64,000 bases of DNA from Lepidodermella squamata. Lineage: Eukaryota > Animalia > Gastrotricha. Shown piece by piece: positions 12,149-25,096 of this stretch (within the stretch, counting starts at the first letter, position 1; every line of letters begins with the position of its first letter). The notes below the pieces were generated by a model. The model was not told the origin of the DNA, did not search any database, and was given only the letters and a program-made list of their open reading frames with translations. Location: positions 2,666,001-2,730,000 of the forward strand of contig JBLDXI010000024.1 of the NCBI GenBank assembly GCA_047495785.1. The letters run 5' to 3'. A program made the translations under genes and the position numbers.

Positions 12149-13354
12149 ACATAGGCTCCATGCTCCATGTTCCAATTCCCTTCTTTAACCTTTTTCATCT
12201 AATCCATTACACTATCCTATTCCATATTGTATCAATAATCCTTTTTTATGCTATTACATCTTTGATCGCGTAAATACAGCCTACCTGTGTTGTAACGAAC
12301 CGCTACGGTAAAACATGTGCAACAACTCTTTAGCTGTTTAGCTGAGTGTCTAGCAGATAGTTGACTGAACCGTAAACCCAGGATTTTTACTATGATGCTC
12401 GGGGCAATCTGAGACATAGGGGTCCAGCGTTAGATATTCGGAAAAACGAACTATAGACGACCTGCGATAGGACAACATCAGCTCTTCGTAATTACTAAGC
12501 TCTCAGTTCTTGAGTCAGCTCAATTTAATGAATGCGGAATACAATTTCGATCGCACTATTATGACGCAAGTTTGAAAGCCCAAGTCAGTCAGAAATATCG
12601 ACTTTTTGCCCCCCGGCGCCTTAGTACCCCCTTAGGGGAGATCCTTGGACATCTGGGTGATCTCTCTGGACCTCTAACCGTAACACCTAAACGCTCCTAA
12701 TATTGATTTTCAAATTCTCCGTACTCGATTTAGTAATGAAACTAGTGATCTTTGAACTAATGATCTTTGAGAGAGATCATGACCGCCCAAAGTCATTCAG
12801 CGAAATGGGGTTGTAGGTTAAGATGACACCCACCTAAATAAAGTTGACTGAAGAGGATCTCTTGAGAATCAGTTTTTGGAGATGAATTGAAGCTCAGTTT
12901 TTCAACGAGTGATTAGAAAGCTCTTATTTGTAGTTTATTTGTATTTCCAGCCTACTGCACGTTGAGCAGCCAAACATGACTTGACGAAGGTCTTTCTTGT
13001 ACGTGAAAGGCTCCTTATCAAGAAAATTAAAATCAGCCTCAATCTCGCGAAATTGCGCTAACGATTCGTTACTACTATTTTTATACAAAGAATATGCTGC
13101 CGAAAACAGCGTCTTCGCACCCTATACAGGAAAGTATATGTCTCATGTCTTTCAACTTAGATGAATAAGGTTAGAGTATTTAATAATGAAAATTGCTTCA
13201 GTTCACCCTGTAAAAACATTACCCAATCAATGTCCAAAGCTGCAGAGGCTGAATATTGAACGCGAATCCATATAAAAACCAGGGAGACAGGGACAAGTCC
13301 GTGCCAACAAGAATCATTCCGCGCCGCGAGGAAACTCGTCTGGTGCGACCCTTG

Positions 13355-13596
13355 CTGACGCGTCAGAAATTATATCAAGGTAATCAATGATGTATACTAA
13401 GCAATATCTAAGTCGTTTTCATTAATCAAAATTCACCACGCTCCACGGAATTCAGCAGCTAGTACAGCAATTTCCAGTTTCATAGCCAGCTTGGTTTGAA
13501 AAGAGGTTCAAAACTACGTCCAATATGTATAACATTTCAAGAGTAATAAAGCTAATTATATCGACCGCTCGTAGACGAAAGCACGTATAAATTGAC
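13355..13596 (+). promoter_or_regulatory. Conserved upstream region of GPCR G2 with TATA box (homologous to about 20254-20476 upstream of G5)
   Basis: Shared blocks CGCGTCAGAAATT, TTTGAAAA.AGGTT, GTCCAATATGTA, TAAAGCTAATTA and TATAAATTG (13586 and 20464) at similar spacing before both ATGs. Confidence 0.6.
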
Positions 13597-13659
13597 GACG
13601 CCAACATACTGTTCTTTTCGAATAACTTTTTACGGGAATTTTACTTTTGAAGCGATAGC

Positions 13660-15087
13660 ATGAACTACACCGACTATCCCACGATTGGCAAATCATGGAT
13701 TCTCGCACGTTTTCCAGAGCGGGGCTTCGATGAGCCCAGACCCTATTTCATTGGCTGGTATCACGATTTAAGCGATACAACACTGTCAAAACGCTTGACG
13801 TTTGTCTTGCTGTTTTCGATATCAACGCTATTTGTTGGGGCATCGAATGTCGCAAATATTGTCATCTATCACAAACGAGCTGTTAGACGAGATTTTCTTG
13901 TTCTGAGCTCCATTTTAGCGGCTAATTGCACGATTTTCTGCACGACTTACTGCGTTTTGGTTGCGATGACAGCCCGGACAGGTTTCTGGGACGGCGATGA
14001 GATGAGCTGTGTGTGCATGCAGTGGTTCCTGTTCACCAGCGGAACAGCTGGTCCATGGCTGTTCATGCTTATCAGTTACGAGAGGAAACTATGCCTGCTA
14101 TCCAACAATCCGAATTCGAGATCGAACTCCAAAAAAGTAAAGTTTTGACTAGGAAGATTGATGTCTATAACTAGGCCATTTTTCCAGGTTGCTATTCTAG
14201 CTGGTGTTTCGATGGTTGTGATTTCATTAACTTGGGCCACTCTTTGTTTCTACCCACTTCAGGCATTCACTTTGAGGGACATTGTGGTACCTGGTGTGAA
14301 CAATGATACAGCTGTACCGATCTGCACGAGCTATGACTACAGAATATTCGGCAAATATGATTCTTCAGTTTTGGTTACCGTCTACTACGCGATTGTTGTC
14401 ATTTTGGTGCCGGATTCAATGATAGCCTACAATTACTGGTTTGTTTGTTTTTAACACAAAATGTGAGAATACGAACCCGTTTCAGATATATTTCGAATTT
14501 TCGAATTTTGCGAAAAGAAACTCAATGACCTTTTAGAAGTTAAACCCCTTTTATCAATGCAGAATTTACAAGACTCTCCGAATTTTACCTTGATCGTTGA
14601 AGTCAATTACGTTTATTAATTTATTTGCAGGAAAATTTTCAGCAAGTTCAACTCGGTCAAAAAGCAGATGAAAGGGCAAACGGGCACCACGAACACGCGT
14701 AACAGCTTGAATAGAGGGCGAACATTCAGCACAAGTACTTTCAAGGGATCCATCGCATCAGCTGCTGTTTCGATGCATGAAGAATGGCAAAAACGCGAGC
14801 TGTTTTTCGTTAAGCAATCTATCGTCTCGTTTTTTGCGTTCACAATTTTCCACGTCCCGGTTCTGATCTCGTTCATCCTTATCATTTTCTACGAAGACCT
14901 CGGGCCGCGGATTCTGACGGCTGAATTCCACAAGCTGGCTTCCTTCATGTACATGATTGAAATGATACTCGGGCCGATGATTCAGAGCGTTCGGCCAGGG
15001 TTCACCGACGATCTATATCGGCTGAAAAGGTATCTGGCTTCAATCTTCGCGCCAAAAGTTCACGACCTCACGTCGCTTAACATTTAA
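13660..15087 (+). CDS. Orphan class A GPCR, paralog G2, 3 exons
   Basis: Same motifs and intron positions as G1. Confidence 0.85.
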
Positions 15088-15569
15088 GCTGTGTTCACTT
15101 GTTTGATAACTTCTTATCCAATATACCCATTTATCATGTACCTTTTTAGTATTTCTGTTCATATTTATCACGAATTTCGCCTTCGCACAGTGCATGCCGT
15201 TTTCAATGGCTCATAGTACAGCATATATTTTCGTGTTTATTTAAAAGGCTGTCGAACGAACCCTGGTATTCGTTACTGCAGCTATAACAATGAATCTTGT
15301 GCGGCGATAGCACCAAAAATTTTGAATGACCCTGCGTTTCCCAAGCCGTGGTTATTAGGGTAGTCAGGAAGAGTCAGGATAAGCTCCGGAGCATCCAACC
15401 GGGTTCGTGCCGAGCTGCAGACATACCTGATGAGTATGAACCCCTAATGCCTAATGCCATGGACTACTTGAGATTGACTACTTGAGAGATCTGCCGTGAA
15501 GGTCGTCCGTAGTCTAGTGGTCAACTCATCGCCGATGAAAAATGTTTGAGGCCCTTTCACAGTAACCAG

Positions 15570-15577
15570 TCTCTCCT

Positions 15578-15620
<43 letters not shown>
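15570..15620. repeat. (CT)n microsatellite
   Basis: Visible CT dinucleotide run. Confidence 0.95.
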
Positions 15621-15623
<3 letters not shown>

Positions 15624-16440
15624 AGATCAATCATGCAAAACATCCGCAGATTGTTCCGGGGTTCTTATTGAAATTGGTGTAATGAGTAAGACTAGTGATA
15701 AAGAAGCATGACGGGAAATGGAAATATATTGTCTTGATTGGAACGAATTGTAACTTTGAACAAAGAAATGAGTACAGAACAGTACGCAACACGGACGGTT
15801 CCGGTATGTTGGCCTTGAATGTGTCGAACGACGCGGTGTATGAAGGAGTGAAGGAGAAAAATGTCGCGGAGTGGCGGCTAGGATTTCCGTCCACAACCAC
15901 TGAACTCCCACTCTGTTCGCCCATTATCACTGACATCCTGAACGAAAATTGATCCGATACGAGCTTGAACGGAAATTCCGCGCTGTCGGTTATTATTCTC
16001 AACTTGCATAAGAGCAGGAGGATTCTGTATTTTATGCGTTACTGTAATTTATATTGCGCGTGCAATATTTTGAAGTTGATGGCGACGAGTTGATACGCAT
16101 TCCACCCAATAATTCTTAGTCTCTGTGAATTCAAACGTTGCTTATTGAAAATTTTATACATTCAGATCTTGTTCTTTCTTCCATCAGAGATTCTCTTCGG
16201 CTCTACAGTAAGAGTCCGCAGGAACATGATGATGAAATCAGGCATGGAGCTTCTTCAAATCGCAAAGCTGGTTGGATGAAACTACAAGATGCATAGAGGC
16301 TGGAACGCATAGATATGAACAGTTGTAGTAGACTCTCTGTCGGACCGCTGCGAGTGAAAGAAACCCCCGATTTGACGATCTTAGACAAACAAACTCATTT
16401 TGAATTATGATAAAATTGTTTTGCATTCCGTAGATATTTT

Positions 16441-17716
16441 ATGGTAATGAATTATTCGAATTATTCAACGATTCTCGCGAACTCCTGGATTCTCGCAAAG
16501 TTTCCCGAGCGTGGGTTCCCTGAGCCAAGGCCTTATTTTGTGGGATGGTTCCACGATTTGGCGGCTACAAGTCTCGAGCAGCGACTCAGCTTTGTCCTGC
16601 TTTTCTTTGTTTCGACACTACTTGTCGGTGCTTCTAACTTAGCCAATATCCTCATATATCAGAGACGCCAAGTTCGACAGGATTTCCTGGTTCTGAGCTC
16701 GATATTAGCGGCTAGTTGTACGATCTTCTGCGCAACCTATAGCGTAATAGTCACTCTGACGGCCCGGACTGGATTTTGGGACGGTGATGAGTTGAGCTGT
16801 GTCTGCTTGCAGTGGTTCCTGTTCACCTGTGGATCGGCTGGTCCTTGGATTTTCATGCTCATAAGCTACGAGAGGAAGCTATGCTTGCTTTCAAACGACC
16901 CGAATTCGAGAGCGAACTCGAAAAAGGTTAGAATTGGTTTAATTGGACCTTCATGTTCGTTCAAGGTAATTTTTCCAGGTTGCCATTCTTGCTGGCATTT
17001 CAATGGTTTTAATTTCTTTAACGTGGGCAACTCTCTCTTTCTACCCCTTGCAATCGTTCACTTTAAAGTACATAGTCGTGCCTGGCGTGAATAATGGCAC
17101 AGCTGTACCATTCTGCGGCAGCTATGACTACCGAATATTTGGGAAATATGATTCTTCGATTCTCATCACAGTCTACTACACGATTGTTGTAATTATAGTG
17201 CCAGATTCAATGATAGCCTATAACTATTGGTGAGTATTGATGAAGATTGATAAAATAATCTAAATGATTTTGTGCGCCAGGAAAATTTTCAGCAAACTTC
17301 ATTCGATACAGAGGCAGATGACCCCTTCGCGTTCGCGCGGATATCTAAACAAAACGTTAGCGAGTTCGACTCGCTCTGGTGCGACTCCGAGCCAGCGAGC
17401 CATGCACGAAGAATGGCAGAAACGTGAGCTGTTCTTCGTCAAGCAATCTATCGTATCATTTGTCGCGTTCACAATTTTCCACGTCCCAGTTTTGATCTCA
17501 TTCATCCTTATCATTTTCTACGACGATCTCGGGCCACGGATTTTGACGCCTGAATTCCACAAGGTTGCAACGTTCACATACATGATCGAGTTCATGTTCG
17601 GGCCAATGATTCAAAGTGTCCGGCCAGGCTTCACCGATGACATTTATAAGTTGAAGAGGTATATTATCGGTCTATTCAAAAAGTCGAAAATCGGCACTGT
17701 CGCGACGTATCCATGA
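16441..17716 (+). CDS. Orphan class A GPCR, paralog G3, 3 exons
   Basis: Same motifs and intron positions as G1. Confidence 0.85.
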
Positions 17717-18745
17717 TTCCTACTTCCTACTAATAGCATGAATTGTAATTTAGCGAGAATCTTAGCAGATGATTAGCGTGTTTTCGACATTACAATCAAT
17801 AATTAATCAATGTTGTAAATAGCTCAGTCGAACTTTGTCCCAATAAATTGTGCCGTGAGAAAAGTTGCTGGTCATAGCTGAAAAAACTGCTGACTTCAGC
17901 GAGATAAGTTCATCAGTTCTTTTAAAGTTCCCTTAAAGGAAATGTTAAACACAACCTTCTGCAGGGCATAAACAACCGAAACGTCGGCTAATAAACTTTT
18001 TGGTAACAAGTGTCGCGGTAGTCTGCTTGGGATTCTGCTTGGGATTCTGGAATCATTGCTAGAAGCAGTGTAGCCTGGGGACTTTCTCACTTCACTCACC
18101 ATCGCACTTTACGATTTCTCCGCAACGGTGAGGAATTTGTTCATGGGTGAGCACTCATTTTGAAGGCAATTTTATTGGCTGCAAGTGGTTAAATGCTCGT
18201 TTTGCTGGCATCGACAGCCTTGACACGGCATGGCCGAGAAGTAGGTCAGAAACTATGCAGAATTAGGAGCTTTTACCCTATTAGCACGACATTGGAATGA
18301 AACCGTGGGTAGAGAATCGGAATGCGCAAAAACTTGCACTGTTCGCACATGCTGGATGTATAAGAAATGCGAAATATGCTGAGGCGTGAAAGAGAACATT
18401 TACGTCAAACAATCACTCATGCAGGTTGCAATGTCTAACCGTCATCCATCATTTCCTAATCGGAAGTTAATAGCTCGCTCTGTAATCGGAAAATCACTTT
18501 GTTGTGAATCCTGAGACTTGCAGCGTCAGCTAACTGAAAGCGTCAGCTCGGCTCCTAGCGGCGGTTGAAATTCATGTTTTCAGGTTTCCTATACCCCTCA
18601 CTCTACTCCCGCCCGCATCAGGGAAAACGTTATGAGATTTTTGAAATGTCAGAATATGTAGCTCGATACAAACATTCGCTCTGGGACTTACAAGCAGCAC
18701 GTTCTTCTCTATTCCTTGTCGTTGAAGTATAGATCCTTAACGGTG

Positions 18746-20006
18746 ATGAATTACTCAAACTACGCAACGATTGGTAAGTCGTGGGTTCTTGCGACGTTTC
18801 CTGACCGTGGGTTCCCAGAACCACGGCCTTACTTTGTGGGATGGTATCACGATTTAGGAGCTACAAGTCTCGAACAGCGACTAACCTTCGTCTTCCTCTT
18901 TTTTGTTTCGACACTGGTTGTTGCTGCTGCGAGCTTCGCTAATATTCTTTTATATCAAAGACGGCAAGTTCGGCAGGATTTCATGGTACTAAGCTCGATT
19001 CTGGGGGCTAGTTGTACGATTTTTTGCGCAACCTATAGTATCTTACTCTCGATGACAGCCCGAACTGGATATTGGGACGGCAACGAATTGAGCTGTGTTT
19101 GCTTGCAATGGTTTCTCTTCACTTGCGGAACAGCTGGTCCCTGGATTTTCATGCTTATTAGCTACGAGCGGAAGCTATGCTTGCTGTCAACCGACCCGTA
19201 TTCTAGATCGAACTCCAAAAAGGTGAAAATCAAGCTTCATGCGAAATGCTTGCAATTTTCCGAATTTTCTAGGTTGCGATTCTAGCTGGTATTTCGATGG
19301 TTGTCATTTCTTTGACTTGGGCAACACTATGTTTCTACCCACTTCAATCGTACACATTAAAGCATATTATGGTATCTGGAGTGAACAATGGCACAGCTGT
19401 ACCAATCTGCGCGAGCTTTGACTACAGAATATTCGGCAAATATGATTCTTCGATTCTGGTAACAATCTATTATGCAGTTGTGGTTATTCTCGTGCCAGAT
19501 TCAATGATAGCCTATAACTATTGGTGAGTCTTGCTTAAGATTGGCATAAGCTGAATCCTTTATTCCCCAGGAAGATTTTCAGCAAAATTCATTCAGTCAA
19601 AAGGAAAATGAAGCCTTCCCGTTCGCGCGGAAATCAAAGCAACACTCTTGCAAGCTTGACTCACTGTTGTGCGAGTCTGAGCCAAAGAACCATGCACGAA
19701 GAATGGCAGAAACGTGAGCTGTTCTTCGTTAAGCAATCTATCGTCTCATTTGTTGCTTTCACAATTTTCCACGTTCCAACTTTGATTTCGTTCATTCTCA
19801 TCATTTTCTACGACGATCTTGGCCCCCGAGTTCTGACAGCGGAATTTCATAAGCTGGCGGCCTTCACGTACATGATTGAGTTCATGTTTGGGCCGATGAT
19901 TCAAAGTGTCCGGCCAGGCTTCACTGGTGACCTTTATAAGCTGAAGAGATACATTAGCGGTCTATTCAACCGGCGGAAGATTGGCTTCGTATCGATGTAT
20001 CAATGA
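18746..20006 (+). CDS. Orphan class A GPCR, paralog G4, 3 exons
   Basis: Same motifs and intron positions as G1; ATG at 18746 (MNYSNY). Confidence 0.85.
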
Positions 20007-20527
20007 TTATAACTGGGGCTATCTTTGTTGAATAAATTCTTTGGAAAAATTGGAAAAATGTTTCCGACTAAGTGAGATTGGAAGTTAGAATTGGTCAATA
20101 CCGTCCCGGTCTGTAACTAAATCGGTCTCCGTATAAACTGGCTACGGAAAATTTCCATTTCCTTTGCTTTGTCGAAATAAGTGTTATCATTACAAATACA
20201 AGAAAATGATAGTCAAAATAGGCGAGGGAGCACGTTCAAGAGTAAGCCCCGTTGGCGCGTCAGAAATTGTATCAGGGCAATATGCAGTCAAAGCATTATC
20301 AAAAATCGGTTTTGTTACTCAACATTTACTTGCATCTAGTTCAAGTATTTTTCATGGTTAGAGCACATCTTGTTTTGAAAACAGGTTAAAAAGTGTCCAA
20401 TATGTAAAAAACATCTGAAGCTATAAAGCTAATTAAGCCGACTGTTTACTTTCGAACAGCGCATATAAATTGTCACCGATGAGGCAGGTCGCTTCATTTG
20501 GAGGTTTTTAGGAGCTACACAGGTGCC

Positions 20528-21947
20528 ATGAACTACACAGACTACGCCACGATTGGCAAATCGTGGATTCTCGCAAGTTTTCCAGAGCGGGGCTTCGACG
20601 AGCCAAGACCATATTTCATTGGCTGGTATCACGATTTCAACGATTCGACATTGTCAAAACGTCTGACGTTTGTCCTGCTGTTTTCGACAACAACGTTCTT
20701 TGTCGGAGCTTCAAATGTCGCAAATATTGTCATCTATCACAAACGAGGTGTTAGACGAGATTTTCTAGTCCTGAGCTCGATTTTAGCTGCAAGTTGCACG
20801 ATTTTCTGCACTACTTACTGTGTTTTGGTTGCAATGACTGCCCGGACAGGTTTCTGGGACGGCGATGAGATGAGCTGCGTTTTTCTGCAATGGTTCCTCT
20901 TCACCTGTGGAACAGCTGGTCCATGGCTGTTCATGCTTATCAGTTACGAGAGGAAACTATGCCTGCTATCAAACAATCCGAATTCGAGATCAAACTCAAA
21001 AAAGGTGAGAATGGTGATATGAAACCGTCATGTCCATAACTAGGTCATTTTTCCATCAGGTTGCAATTCTAGCTGGAGTTTCGATGATTGTCATTTCTCT
21101 GACTTGGGCAACTCTTTGTTTCTATCCTCTACAATCGTTCACATTGAGGCAAATTGTGGTGCCTGGTGTGAACAATGACACTGCTGTACCAATTTGTACG
21201 AGCTATGACTACCGAATATTCGGCAAATACGATTCCTCAGTTTTGGTAACAGTCTACTACGCCATAGTTGTCATATTGGTGCCAGATTCAATGATTGCTT
21301 ACAATTACTGGTTGGTTTTCACCTGATACAAGAATTGATTATACAGAAGTGGGAGTGAGACCAAGGATCTTAGTCATAATATTTGATTATCGCCTCTTCT
21401 GACAAGGCAGACTTTATCTACTATGGGACACTCAGCTTTGAAGCGCTAGACGCTAGATCACTAATTAGGTAATTTCTGTAATTGCAGGAAAATTTTCAGT
21501 AAATTCAACGCGGTCAAGAATCAGATGAGTGGGCGATCGCGAGCGGGGACGATGAACACGCGAAGCAGTACGAACAGGGGGCGATCGTTCAGCACAAATG
21601 CGCGCAAAGGATCCGTTACGTCAGCTGCTATTTCTATGCACGAGGATTGGCAAAAACGCGAGCTTTTCTTCGTCAAGCAATCTATCGCCTCGTTTTTCGC
21701 GTTCACCATTTTCCACGTTCCGGTTCTGATATCGTTTGTTCTCATAATTTTCTACGAAGACCTCGGGCCGCGGATTCTGACGGCTGAATTCCACAAGCTG
21801 GCGTCCTTCATGTACATGATTGAAATGATACTCGGGCCGATGATCCAGAGTGTTAGGCCTGGGTTTACGGATGACATTCATAAACTAAAGCGATACATCG
21901 TTGCATTATTCAAACCGAAGGTTAGCGATATCTCAATTTATCGGTGA
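20528..21947 (+). CDS. Orphan class A GPCR, paralog G5, 3 exons
   Basis: Same motifs and intron positions as G1; ATG at 20528 (MNYTDY). Confidence 0.85.
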
Positions 21948-22254
21948 TTTTTCAATATCCGAGGCGATTCAGACAAGGAAAATGCGTATTTTTATGACTG
22001 ATTATAAATGTGTTCAGTTTCAGACCTCTACTTGAGAGGTTCAAAATTAGCAAAATTAGGTTTCCAGTACCTAAACCTATGGTATCAGTAAATTGTTATA
22101 TGGTGTAGCTCCCGATATTTGTCATCTCTCAGCCGCTGAGTAAACAGAGAATCTATGTGTTAGAACATCGTTTTTAATTGAAAACAAGCTTTATCGGGCG
22201 TAGTTTCTCTTACTTTCTCATTTCGTGAAGAATGCGAGTGCAGTAACCTATCGA

Positions 22255-24285
22255 ATGGAATTTCTTCATATAGCTCTAATTTTTGCGACCAGCAATTGCT
22301 TGGGAGAGAGTTTGAACGCGACTCTCGGCAAAAACGTGAATATTATAGAGGACTGGGACTATCCTGGAGTTGTACCCTCCATCGAATCCCTGAGCGTGAA
22401 CGACAAATACGATTCGAAAATTGAAAGTATGGATTCATGCATCCAGTGCACCTATTATTAATACCTTTTTATTAAGCTGGATCGGAGTGGGAGTTGCGTC
22501 AGTATATTTTCAAGCACTACGTTCCTGAGGTTCGACCCCGGAAAAATTCTATCGAAACCGTCGAGGTTTTCATTAACATGGCCCTGCTTGCAATCAACGA
22601 AATTGTTAGTTTTCTAAAATATAACGGTAAAATCCATGCTTATATTTAATCTTTAATTTTAATAGAAAGAAAAAGAACATGTAATTGTGCTGACTGCCAC
22701 GATAAATACTCACTGGTTCGATGATTTCTTGATCTGGAATAATTCGGCAAGATTTTCTGCCATACCATTCCTGGTCGTGAAATGGGAAGACGTTTGGAGC
22801 CCTGATTTCGCAGCGATTTCGATAAGTCTCCTCATATCAAGGCTCAACTATAAAAACTTCATTTCCTTCTTTACAGCGAGGAGATGTATACATTGGGTCG
22901 GGCAGAAGGTATAGATATCAACATTGCCTCCGATGGCATGGTCGTCTACAACCCGAAAGCGAGTTTCGAGTCATCTTGCGACTTCGACATGACCTTCTTC
23001 CCGTTTGACGTCCAACGCTGCAAAATTGTGTTCGAAAGCTGGACTTACCTACCTTGGCAGCAATATTTCACCCTGAAAACACCAGGTCTCGATCTGTCTA
23101 ACTACGTCCACAACGAGCAATGGACAATAACTGATTCGCACGCAGACTGCTACATCAACTGCCCTGAGAATGCAACTGGAGCAAATTGTAACGCTGGGGT
23201 AGGTCTTTCTTGTGCAATATAAGCTTCCAGTGATTTATTTCTGATAGGTCTATTTCGAGCTTGAGCTTAAACGGAAAAATGGTTACTACAACCGTTAGTT
23301 AATTGCGTCCGCCTTACTCACACTGTTGAGAATTTCTTTTAAAGTGAACGTCATAATTCCCGTTACCGTGGTGAGCATTACCGAAATGTCGACCTTTATC
23401 CTCCCGGTAAGTCTCTGATTTGTAAATTGGATTTTTCAAATTGTACTTGCAGATGGGGGATGCAACGAAAATTCACATATCCTTCACATGCCTTTTGTCA
23501 TACACAATATTTCAGGTACGATTGCACTTTGCTAGTCCAACAAGCAAAACAAACATTCATTCTTAGGTTGAAATCAATAAAGAACTGCCACGCACTTCAG
23601 ACCGTCCTCGTGAGTCATGCGATGGAGAAGAAACAAATCGATTATACTTGGTTTATATTTCAGCTCTTATAGCTTACTTTCTTGTAACGCAAATGGCCTA
23701 CATTGCCCTGGCCATTCTTGGCGAGGGTGTCGCTTTCACCTGCATATCCATGGGGACATCGAAATCGGTTTTTTATTCAATTTCTTGATTTATAAATTAA
23801 TTGTTCATCTTATTTAGCCGATGTCTCCTTTTTTAACGAATTTTGTGGAGATGCTGTCTTGGGTCATTAAGATAGACGAAGGAGAGGTCGATGAATTGGA
23901 GCATTCTGAACATCTTCGCCACTTCCACGCTGCGGCAGCTCATTTATCAAAATCGAGAAAGTCAAATCGAAAGCCAACTTCAGAGTTATCTTTTGAAAGT
24001 TCAGGCCGTGAAGCTGTGAAGCAAAGGTCGAAATACATGGTCGTCGCGTACAACTACAAAGCGGATGAAGTTGGCCTTGAAGAGGAAGCCACTGCAATCC
24101 TGTTGAATGACCGTAATGATCGGAAATGGTATCGTCTGGCTGTTGGCGCATCACGGTTTTCATTTCTCCTGTACATTTCACTCATTACCGTCACGCCTCT
24201 CATAACTTTTGTCGCTTATGTCGAAACGGACCCAGGACATTACAAACACTTGTATAAGGACAATTCCACTAGTGTTTTCGATTGA
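22255..24285 (+). CDS. Cys-loop ligand-gated ion channel subunit, multi-exon, paralog A2
   Basis: Signal peptide, WSPDF, Cys-loop CDFDMTFFPFDVQRC, ESWTY, CPENATGANC, TM1-4. Non-canonical intron at 22822-22874. Confidence 0.87.
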
Positions 24286-24372
24286 TCATATTGATTGCAA
24301 TTTCCTGAGTCAAACATTATTAACTCTCTTAAATCAGATGTTTTTCATTCTTTGTTCTCCAGCTATCCAGCT

Positions 24373-24485
24373 GTGGTATGGTTAAATAAAGTATTCGCTG
24401 TGTACTGTCTTTTCACATTCTGGCTCACCTTGTTGATGATCCCGTTGAGATGATCCAAAGCAAATGTCGAATGCAGCCACTCACA
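24373..24485 (+). pseudogene. Degenerate 5' fragment of the intronless Cys-loop gene B1
   Basis: Aligns to about 30737-30855 (..CTTGTTGATGATCC.GT.GAGAT.ATCC..AGCAAATGTCGAATGCAGCC). The ATG has become GTG, there are indels, and the copy is truncated. Confidence 0.75.
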
Positions 24486-25096
24486 TATCCACGCACATTT
24501 ACGGATCCGCGGTGGTTTCCTCCTGCCACTAAAAACCCGTGAAAGGCTAGTTTTCCATAACAATTATTTGCTCGCACGCTATTGGTCGATTTAAAAATGA
24601 ACGCGGGAGTTTTCTTCTGTTTCCTGCAAACAAAGGGATCAGATAAACGTGGAAGAAAGAATTTTTCCATGACCAGCAAGCAGACAATAATTTCGCCGGG
24701 AATTTCCTCTTGCGTTAAATGTTGCCGGGTTCAAGAGTTGAAGCATGTGTCATCAAACTTGTATATAATAATTTTACAAAGTAATTAGAAAAACTAAATA
24801 ATCGAAAACTTGCGCAATCGAAGAAATGTCAAAGTCACACGCGAAGAACAGGTCAACATTTACTACGAATTTAATTAATTTTATTCGGAAGAATGGGAAA
24901 TATCACCCTTTTGTAATAGAGACTTTTCCGAAAGGATATCGCGCTAGGGTTTCATAGATAACTCATGGATAATTTTTATCATAATTCATAATTCAAATAA
25001 ATGGATATATTTGAAATACGGCCATAAACGGCATTTCCAGAACACAATTTTCATTTGGTTATTGGGAGTACAGTTGGCTGACAAGGTTCTCGAAGC

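Noticed and set aside
15400-15445. Hammerhead ribozyme suggested by CTGATGA
   Set aside because: No GAAA core with a matching stem III/UH site; CTGATGA sits in a simple hairpin loop.
15695-15952. 85-aa ORF between GPCRs G2 and G3
   Set aside because: GTG start, no recognisable motif, no paralog in the array.
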